From contig DATCFU010000198.1 in NCBI GenBank assembly GCA_036509315.1, positions 2,107 to 66,106 of the forward strand: a stretch of 64,000 nucleotides of DNA, written 5' to 3'. A program made the translations under genes and the position numbers. The notes under the pieces are model-generated. The model was not told the origin of the DNA, did not search any database, and saw only the letters and a list, made by a program, of their open reading frames with translations. The stretch is from Acidothermaceae bacterium (GTDB taxonomy: Bacteria > Actinomycetota > Actinomycetes > Acidothermales > Acidothermaceae). Position 1 is the stretch's first letter, and each line of letters starts with the position of its first letter. This document shows, one piece after another, positions 1-9,317 of this stretch.

Positions 1-1079
1 TCCGGGACGTCGGCCGGCACCGCGGCGGTCACCAGGACCTGTTCCGCCGGCGCGACGAATTCCGCGAGCCGGTCGCGGCGATCGGCATCCAGCTCGGCAA
101 ACACGTCGTCCAGAATCAACACCGGCTCACCGCCGTCGGCACACAGCAGGTCGTAAGAACCCAAGCGCAGCGCAAGGGCCAGCGACCACGACTCCCCATG
201 ACTGGCATAGCCGCGGGCCGGCAGGTCGGCCAGCTTCAGGACCAGTTCGTCGCGGTGCGGACCGACAAGCGTAATGCCACGATCCAGTTCTTCAGACCGG
301 ACGCCGCCCAGTGCCGCTCCGAGCACGGCGGCCAGCCCGGCGGCGTCGGGGACCAACTCGATCTCGCCGCCAAGTGAACTCTGGTACTCGACGCCGACGG
401 AGACCGAGCGACCGTCGCCCATCGCAACCGTCGCGTAGGCCTTTTCGACCAGCGGCCGCAGCTCCTCGACGAGCCCGAGCCGAGCCGCAAGGAGTTCGCC
501 ACCAGCGTTCGACAAGTGGGTATCCCAGACGTCGAGCGTGCGCAGATCGGGTCCACCCGACCGGCGCGAAAGTCCAGCCGTCTTCAGCAGCGCGTTCCGC
601 TGCTTGAGGACACGGTCATAGTCAGCGCGGACACCCGCGAGGCGCGGCGTCCGTGCCACGAGCAAGTCATCAAGAAAGTGTCGGCGGTCCGACGGATCTC
701 CCTTGACCAGGGCAAGGTCTTCGGGTGCGAACACGACCGTGCGCAGGATCCCCAGCGCATCACGCGGGCGGGGTACCGGCGCGCGATTGACTCGGGCCCG
801 ATTTGCCTTGCCTGGATTGATTTCCAGCTCGACGAGCAACGCCCGGCCGTCGCGCATAACCTGGCCACGAACAACAGCGCGCGATGCACCGCTACGCACC
901 AGCGGCGCATCGCCGGCGACGCGGTGACTGCCCTGCGTCGCCAGGTACCCGACTGCCTCGACCAGGTTCGTCTTTCCCTGACCGTTGCGTCCCACGAGTG
1001 CAGTGACACCCGCCTCGAGTGGCAGCTCTACTGAGGCGTACGACCGGAAGTCGACCAGTGACAGGTGCGCAACATGCAC
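1..1079 (-). CDS. recF: DNA replication and repair protein RecF (3' end of the gene lies beyond the window start)
   Basis: It is absent from the ORF track because it has no stop inside the window. My minus-strand translation from GTG at 1077-1079 reads [47 protein letters not shown] (Walker A GRNGQGKT). Near the window edge it reads [17 protein letters not shown] (Walker B). It sits in the canonical position after dnaN. Confidence 0.9.
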   Translation of the reverse strand, partial: MHVAHLSLVDFRSYASVELPLEAGVTALVGRNGQGKTNLVEAVGYLATQGSHRVAGDAPLVRSGASRAVVRGQVMRDGRALLVELEINPGKANRARVNRAPVPRPRDALGILRTVVFAPEDLALVKGDPSDRRHFLDDLLVARTPRLAGVRADYDRVLKQRNALLKTAGLSRRSGGPDLRTLDVWDTHLSNAGGELLAARLGLVEELRPLVEKAYATVAMGDGRSVSVGVEYQSSLGGEIELVPDAAGLAAVLGAALGGVRSEELDRGITLVGPHRDELVLKLADLPARGYASHGESWSLALALRLGSYDLLCADGGEPVLILDDVFAELDADRRDRLAEFVAPAEQVLVTAAVPADVP

Positions 1080-1082
1080 GAC

Positions 1083-1997
1083 TTAGCTGCGGGTAGAACC
1101 CGCGGCCGTCTCCGGGAGGATTGCGTGACCACCGAACTGGTTGCGCAGCGAAGCGACGACTTTCATTGCGGGCGATTCCTCTTGCCGCGACGAGAACCTC
1201 GCGAACAACGACGCCGTGATAACAGGCAGTGGAACTGCGTTTTCGATGGCTGCCTCGATCGTCCAGCGACCCTCACCGGAATCTTCGGCATAGCCCTTGA
1301 CCTTTTCGAGCTGCGGATCCGCGCTCAGCGCGTTGTCGAGAAGGTCGAGTAGCCATGAACGAATGACGGTGCCTTCGCGCCAGCTCTTGAATATCGCTGG
1401 CACGTCAGTGACCTCGTCGACCGCTGCCAGCAGCTCGTAACCCTCGGCGTAGGCCTGCATCATTCCGTACTCGATGCCGTTGTGAACCATCTTCGCGAAG
1501 TGGCCGGCCCCGACACCGCCGGCGTGTACGAACCCGAATTCACCGGCCGGCTTCAGGACGTCAAATGCTGGCTGCACAAGGGAAACGTGGGCGTCGTCGC
1601 CACCGACCATGAGCGCATAGCCATTCTTCAGGCCCCACACGCCGCCAGAAACACCAGCGTCGACAAAGCCGATTCCGTTCTCACCCAACTTCGCCGCGTG
1701 CACCTTGTCGTCGGTGTACTTCGAGTTACCGCCGTCGATCACAACGTCGCCGGCCTCGAGAAGGCCGCCGAGCTGCTCGATGGTTTGCCGCGTTGCGTCA
1801 CCCGCGGGAACCATGACCCACACCTTGCGGGGAGCGCTCAACTTCGACACCAGGTCCTCAAGGGACTTGGCGTCGCTGATGTCTTGGTTGCGGTCGTATC
1901 CGACGACCGTGATGCCGCCCTGGCGCATGCGCTCGCGCATGAACCCGCCCATCTTGCCGAGACCGATCAGGCCGATCTCGAAGCCAGTTGCTGCCAT
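1083..1997 (-). CDS. gnd: 6-phosphogluconate dehydrogenase (decarboxylating), short Gnd/YqeC-like form
   Basis: 304-aa ORF with a Rossmann N-terminus GLIGLGKMGG and the 6PGDH-family core GAGHFAKMVHNGIEYGMMQAYAEGY. It lies between dnaN and recF, as in Streptomyces-type origin regions. Confidence 0.85.
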   Translation of the reverse strand: MAATGFEIGLIGLGKMGGFMRERMRQGGITVVGYDRNQDISDAKSLEDLVSKLSAPRKVWVMVPAGDATRQTIEQLGGLLEAGDVVIDGGNSKYTDDKVHAAKLGENGIGFVDAGVSGGVWGLKNGYALMVGGDDAHVSLVQPAFDVLKPAGEFGFVHAGGVGAGHFAKMVHNGIEYGMMQAYAEGYELLAAVDEVTDVPAIFKSWREGTVIRSWLLDLLDNALSADPQLEKVKGYAEDSGEGRWTIEAAIENAVPLPVITASLFARFSSRQEESPAMKVVASLRNQFGGHAILPETAAGSTRS

Positions 1998-2055
1998 GCG
2001 AATCCTCCGCGTCCAGGTGCTGACTTCTATGTGCTGAACCTACGCGCGGGCGTCC

Positions 2056-3243
2056 TCAGCCGGACAGGCGGACCGGCATCAGCAGGTACCGATAGTCGTC
2101 GCCCGAAGAAGCGTCGGCTTCCTTGCTGCCACGAAGGACAGCGGGCTTGGTCGGTGACGTGAAGTCGATGCGAGTGGTCTCGCCCTCGACCGCTCCGAGG
2201 CCGTCGAGGAGGTAGGTCGGATTAAACGCGATCGAGAACTCCTCGGTCGACCCGTCGCGACTGGCGAACTTCGCGTCGAGTGACTCCAGAGCTTGCGCAT
2301 CGTCGGTCGTGCCCGCTTCAAGGGTGACCTGATCGTCGGTAAAGGTCAGCCGCACCGGCGTGTTGCGAGGGGCCACCAACGACACCCTCTTCACCGCCTC
2401 GACGAAGCTCGCCGTCTCAATTAGCGCGTGCGCGGACGAGTCGTCAGGCAACAACGATCGGTACTTCACGTATTCGCCGTCGAGCAGCCGGGTCGTCGTC
2501 CGCCGTTGGCCGGTTTGCCGTTGGCCCGATTGGAGGGCGGCGCCGCGCCCAGAGAAGCCGATGAGACCCTCGCCCGATCCGCCGGTCGACAGCGACACGG
2601 TGACCTGTGCGCCACCAACGAGCGCCTTCGCCGTATCGGCGAGCGTGCGAGCCGGCACCAACGCGACGATCGACAAGCCAGCGCGCTCGGGCTGCCAACG
2701 CAGCTCACGAACCGCCAGGCGGTAGCGATCGGTCGCGGCCAAGGTGACCCGGTCATCTTCGATTTCAATCCGGACGCCGGTCAGCACCGGCAGGGTGTCG
2801 TCACGGCCCGCCGCGATAGCGACCTGCGAGACGGCGGCGGCGAAAACATCGGCTCCGATCGTTCCTGCGGTGTTCGGCATCTCCGGCAAGGCGGGGTAGT
2901 CGTCAACCGGCAAGGTCGGCATGGTGAACCGAGCAGTACCACACGAGACGACGACCCGGGGGCCTTCGACTGACACGTCGACCGGCTGTGCGGGCAAGCT
3001 CCGGCTGATCTCGGCCAGCAGCCGACCGGACACCAACGCCCGACCAGCCTCTGCGGCACTCACGTCAATCTGCGCGTTGGCGGAAACCTCGTAGTCGAAG
3101 CTCGACAGGGCTAGTCCGGGCGGCGAGTCAGTGACCTCAAGCAGCAGCCCAGCAAGCACCGGAACGGGAGGCCGAACTGGCAAGCTCCGCGCGGCCCAGG
3201 CAACGGCCTCGGCAAAAACATCCCGCTCTACCCGAAACTTCAT
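2056..3243 (-). CDS. dnaN: DNA polymerase III beta sliding clamp
   Basis: The ORF is 2056..3255. The N-terminus MKFRVERDVFAEAVAWAARSLP and the C-terminus YLLMPVRL are typical beta-clamp ends. I set the start at ATG 3241-3243, which has a G-rich RBS-like run just upstream, rather than at the GTG at 3255. Confidence 0.95.
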   Translation of the reverse strand: MKFRVERDVFAEAVAWAARSLPVRPPVPVLAGLLLEVTDSPPGLALSSFDYEVSANAQIDVSAAEAGRALVSGRLLAEISRSLPAQPVDVSVEGPRVVVSCGTARFTMPTLPVDDYPALPEMPNTAGTIGADVFAAAVSQVAIAAGRDDTLPVLTGVRIEIEDDRVTLAATDRYRLAVRELRWQPERAGLSIVALVPARTLADTAKALVGGAQVTVSLSTGGSGEGLIGFSGRGAALQSGQRQTGQRRTTTRLLDGEYVKYRSLLPDDSSAHALIETASFVEAVKRVSLVAPRNTPVRLTFTDDQVTLEAGTTDDAQALESLDAKFASRDGSTEEFSIAFNPTYLLDGLGAVEGETTRIDFTSPTKPAVLRGSKEADASSGDDYRYLLMPVRLSG

Positions 3244-3255
3244 CGTGCCCCCCAC

Positions 3256-3651
3256 TGGCTTTGCTCGTTCCCCACGTGCTTATTTCTGAGGGACCCGTTC
3301 CCCATAGGCCCGTTCCTTACGGCTTGTGTCATTACTGATCCTTGTCTCAAGGAAGTCGTCTTCGGTGCGGTGGACACTGTGGAAAAGCGCCGTCCGCGCA
3401 GGTCAGGTGCTGAATTCCGCGACGGCAGCCTTGTGGATGACAGTGCCCGTTCGGTGGACAGCCTGGGGACTGGCGCGATCGTAGCGCGGGCCGCCCACAC
3501 TTCGTCCCACGCGATGAACGGCTCGCCCACCGGAATCAGCCACCGGTCCACAAGTTTGTCCCCAGGCTGTGCACAGTCGTCCCAGCCGAAACACAGGGCG
3601 CCCTAAGTGGCGCAAACTGGGACACGACGCGCGATCCAAGGAGTCGGTCAT
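3256..3651. promoter_or_regulatory. oriC candidate: DnaA-box cluster in the dnaA-dnaN intergenic region
   Basis: Six 9-mers match TTGTCCACA at 7-8 of 9 positions. They are 3369-3377 GGTGGACAC (rc), 3378-3386 TGTGGAAAA (rc, 8/9), 3432-3440 TGTGGATGA (rc), 3453-3461 GGTGGACAG (rc), 3544-3552 CGGTCCACA and 3556-3564 TTGTCCCCA (8/9). A lower-GC stretch at about 3281-3350 could be the unwinding element. This is the usual oriC location in Actinomycetota. Confidence 0.75.
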
Positions 3652-5319
3652 CTATTTGGCCTGCGACTTGATGCGGTTCGTCAGCTCAGTGACTTGGTTG
3701 TAGATCGAACGCCGCTCGGCCATCAGCGAGCGGATCTTCCGGTCGGCGTGCATGACCGTCGTGTGGTCGCGGCCGCCAAACAGTTGGCCGATCTTCGGCA
3801 GTGAGAGGTCGGTCAGCTCCCGGCACAGGTACATGGCCACTTGCCTGGCGGTCACGAGCACTCGGCTGCGCGAGGAGCCGCAGAGGTCCTCGAGTGAAAT
3901 CCCGAAATACGAAGCAGTCGCGCCCATGATCGTGGCAGCGGTGATCTCGGGCCCTTGGCTGTCAGGAATGAGGTCCTTGAGGACGACCTCAGCCAGCGAC
4001 AGATCGACGCCCTGGCGGTTCAGGCTGGCGAAGGCGGTGACCCGGATCAGGGCGCCTTCGAGCTCGCGGATATTGCTGGCAATCTTGCTGGCGATGTATT
4101 CCATGACGTCGTTGGGGACGTTGAGCCGCTCCTGCGCCGCCTTCTTTCGCAGGATCGCGATCCTGGTCTCAAGTTCGGGCGGTTGGACGTCGGTCAGCAG
4201 GCCCCACTCGAATCGGTTCCGAAGTCGATCCTCGAGGGTCACCAGTTGCTTTGGGGGGCGGTCACTCGAGATCACGATCTGCTTGTTCGCGTTATGCAAG
4301 GTGTTGAACGTGTGGAAGAACTCTTCCTGGGTCTGCTCCTTGTTCTCCAAGAACTGGATGTCGTCGACGAGCAGCACGTCAACTTCGCGGTAGCGGCGGC
4401 GGAATCCCTCAGCCTTGCCGTCGCGGATCGAGTTGATGAAGTCGTTGGTGAACTCTTCAGAGCTGACGTAACGCACTCGGGCGCCGTGGAAAAGGCCCAT
4501 GGCGTAGTGCCCGATCGCGTGCAGCAGGTGTGTCTTGCCTAGCCCGGACTCGCCGTAGATGAACAGCGGGTTGTAGGCCTTGGCCGGCGCTTCGGCTACT
4601 GCCACGGCCGCGGCATGAGCAAATCTGTTGCTGGCCCCGATCACGAACGTTTCGAATGTGTACTTCGGGTTCAGCCGGGCGGGCTCGATCTCGCGCCGGC
4701 CCCCGAGTTCACGGCCGGTGCCCAGGTGCGAGCGTGCGGGTTGGTTCTCGTGCCCGCCGGACTGGCCCGATCGGTCATGGTCGCGGGAACCTTCTTCAGT
4801 GCGGGATCGCGCGGAGTCGCCTGCCCGGGTGATCTCGCTGCCGGCATTCCCATGGGCACCATGCATGCCGCTGTCGTCCCGGTTGCCGTTGCTGCCCTTG
4901 CTAGCCAGGTCAGCTGCGTCACGTGACGAGTCGGTCCGGCGATCGGTGACCGCGGCGTCTGACTCGACGTTTACCGGTGCTGCCTCGACCGTAACGGCGA
5001 CCCGGACATCGCGGCCGATCTCTGCGGCAAGAGCGGCCGTCAGCGCGGGCCGCAGCCGACTCTCAAGAACATCCTTGGCGAACTCATGCGGGGCGGCCAG
5101 GACGGCCGTGTCCTCGACCAGGGCTATCGGCCGGGTCAGCGACAGCCAGGCTTGGAATTGGGGTGTTACTTCGCTTTGACCGGCGAGGCGTTCGAGGGTG
5201 CGAGCCCACAGGGCGGCCAACTCGGCGCCGGATTCTTGGGTGCCGTTCTCGTATGGGGCGGACACGCGCACCCCTCTCAGGCCGGCCTCGTCTAGCAGTC
5301 TCGCGGTGGATTTGTTCAC
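3652..5319 (-). CDS. dnaA: chromosomal replication initiator protein DnaA
   Basis: Walker [12 protein letters not shown], Walker [11 protein letters not shown], and the C-terminal DNA-binding signature [18 protein letters not shown] long acidic/Ser-Arg-rich linker corresponds to domain II. The longest ORF is given, but a GTG at 5265 (VSAPYENG) preceded by GAGGGG is an equally plausible start. Confidence 0.96.
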   Translation of the reverse strand: MNKSTARLLDEAGLRGVRVSAPYENGTQESGAELAALWARTLERLAGQSEVTPQFQAWLSLTRPIALVEDTAVLAAPHEFAKDVLESRLRPALTAALAAEIGRDVRVAVTVEAAPVNVESDAAVTDRRTDSSRDAADLASKGSNGNRDDSGMHGAHGNAGSEITRAGDSARSRTEEGSRDHDRSGQSGGHENQPARSHLGTGRELGGRREIEPARLNPKYTFETFVIGASNRFAHAAAVAVAEAPAKAYNPLFIYGESGLGKTHLLHAIGHYAMGLFHGARVRYVSSEEFTNDFINSIRDGKAEGFRRRYREVDVLLVDDIQFLENKEQTQEEFFHTFNTLHNANKQIVISSDRPPKQLVTLEDRLRNRFEWGLLTDVQPPELETRIAILRKKAAQERLNVPNDVMEYIASKIASNIRELEGALIRVTAFASLNRQGVDLSLAEVVLKDLIPDSQGPEITAATIMGATASYFGISLEDLCGSSRSRVLVTARQVAMYLCRELTDLSLPKIGQLFGGRDHTTVMHADRKIRSLMAERRSIYNQVTELTNRIKSQAK

Positions 5320-5352
5320 TATTGCGGGTATTCATCGTTGTCAAGAGGTCGT

Positions 5353-5373
5353 TCGTCCACACTGTCGTCCACA
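5353..5373. promoter_or_regulatory. two tandem DnaA-box-like 9-mers (TCGTCCACA) upstream of dnaA
   Basis: TCGTCCACA occurs at 5353-5361 and again at 5365-5373, each 8/9 to TTGTCCACA. A third box, TTCTCCACA, is at 5508-5516. All lie in the dnaA/rpmH divergent promoter region, consistent with dnaA autoregulation. Confidence 0.5.
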
Positions 5374-5713
5374 ACCTGTGTACGCAGCATTGGTTCGAAG
5401 GGCCGTGGTCATTCGCTGCACTGCATCATGTCTGAAGATCGTCGGTTCACCTCAATGAGGTCCGGCCCGTGGGACGCTAACAGCGTGCCGCCTTGTGCTT
5501 CAAGGCGTTCTCCACAGTTCGCTCTACTTACTTCTATGCGCTGTGCTCACTGTGACGGATGTGTCGTGAACGCCGTCGAACCGGTCGTCTCGACGGGGGG
5601 TGCCAGGTTTGACCGTGTCGGCGGTGGCCCCGTACCGTAGGAGTTCCTTCTGACCTGCGGCCCGCACAATATTCGATACCCGGCCGTACTGGACCTTTTC
5701 TTGGAGCCCCCGA

Positions 5714-5851
5714 GTGAGCAAGCGCACGTTCCAGCCGAACAACCGCCGGCGCGCAAAGACCCACGGCTTTCGGCTGCGCATGCGCACTCGCGCCGGTCGC
5801 GCCATCCTCGCCGCTCGTCGACGGAAGGGCCGTCAGGGCCTTTCGGCCTGA
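5714..5851 (+). CDS. rpmH: 50S ribosomal protein L34
   Basis: It is too short for the ORF track. My translation from GTG 5714 gives [45 protein letters not shown], with the stop at 5849-5851. GGAG at 5703-5706 could serve as the RBS. Confidence 0.9.
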   Translation: MSKRTFQPNNRRRAKTHGFRLRMRTRAGRAILAARRRKGRQGLSA

Positions 5852-5875
5852 CGTCGCCCGGAATCGCGAATTCCC

Positions 5876-6313
5876 GTGCTTCCGGCCGCGTTCCGGCTGC
5901 GCCAGCGCTCCGACTTCGCCGCCACCATGCGGTCGGGTCGACGAGCGGCTCGGCCGCGGCTCGTCGTCCACCTTGCACTTCCCGATCCTCACCTCGAGCT
6001 CGGCAAGGCCGAGCGTGCTGACGGCAACCTCGCCGGACCGCGAGCTGGCTTCGTCGTCGGGCGTCAGGTTGGTGGTGCGGTCGTGCGCAATCGAGTGCGC
6101 CGCCAGCTCCAGCATTTGAGTGCCGACCGGCTGGCCGACCTACCGTCTGGAGCGCGACTTGTCGTTCGCGCCTTGCCGGCAGCAGCCGGGTCGTCCGCGA
6201 GCGAACTCGCCGCCGATCTCGACGCGGCGCTCGAACGCAGTCTTGGGAGCCTCAGTCGGGCGCCTCACACTGCTCCTGGCCGGGCACGCGAAGCGCGCGG
6301 TGAGGGTCGATGA
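5876..6313 (+). CDS. rnpA: ribonuclease P protein component
   Basis: The [18 protein letters not shown]-terminus and the basic motif [11 protein letters not shown] are typical of RnpA. It lies directly after rpmH. Confidence 0.85.
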   Translation: MLPAAFRLRQRSDFAATMRSGRRAARPRLVVHLALPDPHLELGKAERADGNLAGPRAGFVVGRQVGGAVVRNRVRRQLQHLSADRLADLPSGARLVVRALPAAAGSSASELAADLDAALERSLGSLSRAPHTAPGRAREARGEGR

Positions 6314-6618
6314 CACGACGCGCGCCTTCGCGGCCAGCCCAGCTTCTCGTCGTCCCGATCGAGGGTTATCGGCGATTCATTAGTCCGTTCCTTGGCCAGC
6401 GATGCCGTTTCGCACCGAGCTGTAGTGCGTATGCGGTAACGGCGATTAAGACGCATGGAGCGATACGGGGGCTTTGGCTCGCAGCCCGAAGAATTGCGCG
6501 CTGCCACCCATGGAACCCCGGCGGTTTTGATCCCGTTCCACCACCGAGATCCGCCAATTTTGTTGCGCCTTCGTCTTCCGTGATCAAGCCAGGAGCCACC
6601 CGGTGCCACACGTCCTGA
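6310..6618 (+). CDS. yidD: membrane protein insertion efficiency factor YidD
   Basis: [31 protein letters not shown] is the YidD signature. It overlaps the rnpA stop by 4 nt. Confidence 0.9.
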   Translation: MTRRAPSRPAQLLVVPIEGYRRFISPFLGQRCRFAPSCSAYAVTAIKTHGAIRGLWLAARRIARCHPWNPGGFDPVPPPRSANFVAPSSSVIKPGATRCHTS

Positions 6619-7658
6619 ACCCGCTGTACGTCGTCGTCACCAAGGTGATCCTGGCGATCCACTCGGTGCTGACGCCGCTGTTCGGCAAGACGAGTGGCGT
6701 GAGCTGGGGGTTGTCGCTGTTCTTCTTGACGGTGCTCGTGCGCATCCTGCTTTTCCCGATCTTCGTCAAGCAGATCAAGACGCAGCGCGCGATGTCGGAG
6801 TTGGCGCCGAAGGTCAAGGAACTGCAGACGAAGTACAAGAAGGACCGCGAGCGCATGAACCAGGAGGTCATGGCGCTCTACAAGGAACACAACGCCAACC
6901 CGTTGATGGGTTGCCTCCCACTCCTCCTACAAATGCCTGTGTTCTATGCACTTTTCCATGTTCTGCGCTACATCGCCGAGCACGGCGGCCAGGCCGGCGG
7001 CACGAGCAAGGGCGTCGCGGCGTGCACGGCGTATCTGCAGACCAAGCCGAAGGGTTTCGGTTCGGCGAAGTACGGCTGGTCTCCTGACACCCTCTGCACG
7101 GCCGGCCACGCCAAGGTTTTCGGCGTCCCGCTCGCGCTCGGCTTCAAGACGGCGTCGAAGGCGCTGTCGTTCGGTGCGGATCCGGGGACGGTACGGATCG
7201 TCACCGTCATCGCCATCATCGTCATGGCGTCGACGACGTTCTTGACCCAGCGCCAGCTGATCGCGCGCAACGCTGCCAGCGGCACGGCAATGCCGTCGCA
7301 GCAGCGCATCATGCTCTACGTGTTGCCGCCGATGTTCGCGCTGTTCGGCTTGAACTTCCAGATGGGTGTGCTCATCTACTGGGTCACGACGAACGTCTGG
7401 TCGTTGGGTCAGCAGCATTTCGTCATCAAGGCGATGCCGCACATCGCACCGGGCGGCGCGCCGCCGACAGCGTTGCCGAAGGGCTCCTCGCCGGGCGATA
7501 AGCCGGGCGATCCCCCGAACGGTGGTGCGAAGAAGCGCGGACCGACGCCACCACCGGTACTGCCGCCGACCGTGCAGATCAGGCGGCAACAGACCACCCG
7601 CCCGCCGCGCAGTAAGCGGACAGGGACCAGGCCGCAGCGGCCGGGTAGCCCACGGTGA
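6603..7658 (+). CDS. yidC: membrane protein insertase YidC
   Basis: YidC/Oxa1 core [65 protein letters not shown], followed by a basic Pro-rich tail. Confidence 0.9.
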   Translation: MPHVLNPLYVVVTKVILAIHSVLTPLFGKTSGVSWGLSLFFLTVLVRILLFPIFVKQIKTQRAMSELAPKVKELQTKYKKDRERMNQEVMALYKEHNANPLMGCLPLLLQMPVFYALFHVLRYIAEHGGQAGGTSKGVAACTAYLQTKPKGFGSAKYGWSPDTLCTAGHAKVFGVPLALGFKTASKALSFGADPGTVRIVTVIAIIVMASTTFLTQRQLIARNAASGTAMPSQQRIMLYVLPPMFALFGLNFQMGVLIYWVTTNVWSLGQQHFVIKAMPHIAPGGAPPTALPKGSSPGDKPGDPPNGGAKKRGPTPPPVLPPTVQIRRQQTTRPPRSKRTGTRPQRPGSPR

Positions 7659-8332
7659 CGGAGCCCAACTCCGTCAACGGCGCTGCCCCCGACGGCGCTG
7701 ACCCCGGTGCGGATTTTGATGGCGTGCCCAAATCTCAGGAGGTTTTCCCCGTGGCAAGCGTGACCGACGAATCGGCGGATTTCGACGACGACGCGACGGC
7801 CAACGCCGCGGCAGAGTCTGCTGTAACGGTTGAAACCGTTACAGACGACGCTGTCGAGCCTCGTTCGCTGGCGGACCTCCTCGAGCGCGAGGGCGAAGTT
7901 GCGGCGGACTACCTCGAAGGCCTGCTCGACATCATCGATGCAGACGGTGACATCGACATGGACGTCGAAGGCGATCGCGCCGTCGTCTCGATCATCGGCG
8001 ATCGCTTGCGGCACCTCGTCGGCCCCGATGGTGCAGTTCTGGATGCGCTGCAGGAGTTGACCAGGCTCGCGGTTGCACGAGAGACGGGTGTGCGCAGCCG
8101 GTTGATGCTCGACGTCGGTGGACATCGTGCGCGCCGCCGTGCCGATCTCACCGCGCTGGGGACCAAGGCGGCCGAGGAAGTTATCGCTACCGGTGAGCCG
8201 GTCAAGATGGCTCCGATGTCTGCATTCGAGCGCAAGGTGGTGCACGATGCGATCGCTGGGGCCGGGCTCCGCAGCGAATCCGAAGGCGTTGAACCGCTGC
8301 GTTTCGTCGTGGTGCTGCCAGCACAGGCGTGA
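7655..8332 (+). CDS. jag: Jag/KhpB-type KH-R3H RNA-binding protein
   Basis: The C-terminal R3H-like segment is FERKVVHDAIAGAGLRSESEGVEPLRFVVVLP, and the N-terminal half is acidic. GTGA overlap with the yidC stop, in the canonical yidC-jag order. Confidence 0.85.
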   Translation: MTEPNSVNGAAPDGADPGADFDGVPKSQEVFPVASVTDESADFDDDATANAAAESAVTVETVTDDAVEPRSLADLLEREGEVAADYLEGLLDIIDADGDIDMDVEGDRAVVSIIGDRLRHLVGPDGAVLDALQELTRLAVARETGVRSRLMLDVGGHRARRRADLTALGTKAAEEVIATGEPVKMAPMSAFERKVVHDAIAGAGLRSESEGVEPLRFVVVLPAQA

Positions 8333-8347
8333 CGATCCCACCATCTT

Positions 8348-8392
8348 GACGAGTGCTGCCGTGACGAGTGCTGCCGTGACGAGTGCTGCCGT
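8348..8392. repeat. perfect 15-bp tandem repeat x3 (GACGAGTGCTGCCGT)
   Basis: Units at 8348-8362, 8363-8377 and 8378-8392 are identical. A degenerate fourth unit follows. The repeat lies in the jag-rsmG intergenic gap. Confidence 0.9.
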
Positions 8393-8407
8393 CACGAGCG
8401 CGCTGTC

Positions 8408-9232
8408 GTGACGCACGCCGGCGTCGAAGCAGTGATCCCGCCGCCACCCGCGCTCGCCCAGGTGCTTTTCGGTGCGCATTTGCCGCTCGCCCGGCGCTAT
8501 GCCGAGTGGCTGGCCGGCGCCGGGGTCGAGCGCGGCTTGATCGGCCCCCGGGAAGCGGAGCGGCTCTGGCCACGACATCTCTTGAACTGCGTAGCGGTCG
8601 CTGCGCTCATACCCACCGGCAGCCATGTGGTTGATCTCGGTTCCGGGGCGGGGCTTCCCGGGATCGTCCTCGCGATTGCGCGCCCCGATCTGCAGATCAC
8701 CCTCATCGAACCGATGCAGCGCCGCGTCGCCTTCCTTGACGAGGTGCGCAGCGATCTCTCTTTGGCGGGCGTCGATACCCGCCGCGTGAGGGCGGACGAG
8801 CTCACGGCGGCAAAACTGAACGCCGACATCGTCACCGCGCGCGCCGTCGCACCAGTCGGTCGCCTTGCCGCCCTCGCTGCGCCCCTGTTGCGCGCCGACG
8901 GCCAGCTGCTCGCAATCAAAGGCAGCGGGTTCGCGGCGGAGGTCAGCGCTGGGTGGAGCGCGGTGCAGCGCGCAGGTATGACCCTGGACGCCGCGTTGCT
9001 CGCGATCGTCGCGGCCGATAGCGAGGTTGCATCGTCGGGAGGCGGCCTGGAGCCGGGAGATGCAAAGCTGTTGCCGGGGGTGCTGATTGCTGAGCTATCG
9101 ACCTGGCAGTCGAACGGATTACTGTGCGAGGGTGTGGCCGGGAGGGCCCGTGGGCGTCAACTGTCCACCGATCAGCTCGCGCTGGTGTTGCGCCTCGGGC
9201 AGTCTGGGCACCGGCCTACTCGCCACCACTGA
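8408..9232 (+). CDS. rsmG: 16S rRNA (guanine527-N7)-methyltransferase RsmG
   Basis: RHLLNCVAVAALIP and the SAM-binding motif VVDLGSGAGLPGIVLAI. The C-terminal tail of about 50 aa is longer than usual. Confidence 0.9.
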   Translation: MTHAGVEAVIPPPPALAQVLFGAHLPLARRYAEWLAGAGVERGLIGPREAERLWPRHLLNCVAVAALIPTGSHVVDLGSGAGLPGIVLAIARPDLQITLIEPMQRRVAFLDEVRSDLSLAGVDTRRVRADELTAAKLNADIVTARAVAPVGRLAALAAPLLRADGQLLAIKGSGFAAEVSAGWSAVQRAGMTLDAALLAIVAADSEVASSGGGLEPGDAKLLPGVLIAELSTWQSNGLLCEGVAGRARGRQLSTDQLALVLRLGQSGHRPTRHH

Positions 9233-9317
9233 GTTGCTCTAGGCTGACGTGCCCAGCCGGCCGCTGGTTCTAGATGCTCGCTGGATCTCATGCAAGGCGT
9301 GATCGGAGGATCCCCGC

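Noticed and set aside
8348-8392. Whether the tandem repeats at 8348 and 44921 could be CRISPR arrays.
   Set aside because: The units are contiguous, with no spacers between them. They are only 15-16 bp long and number 3-4.5 units, and no cas genes are present in the window.
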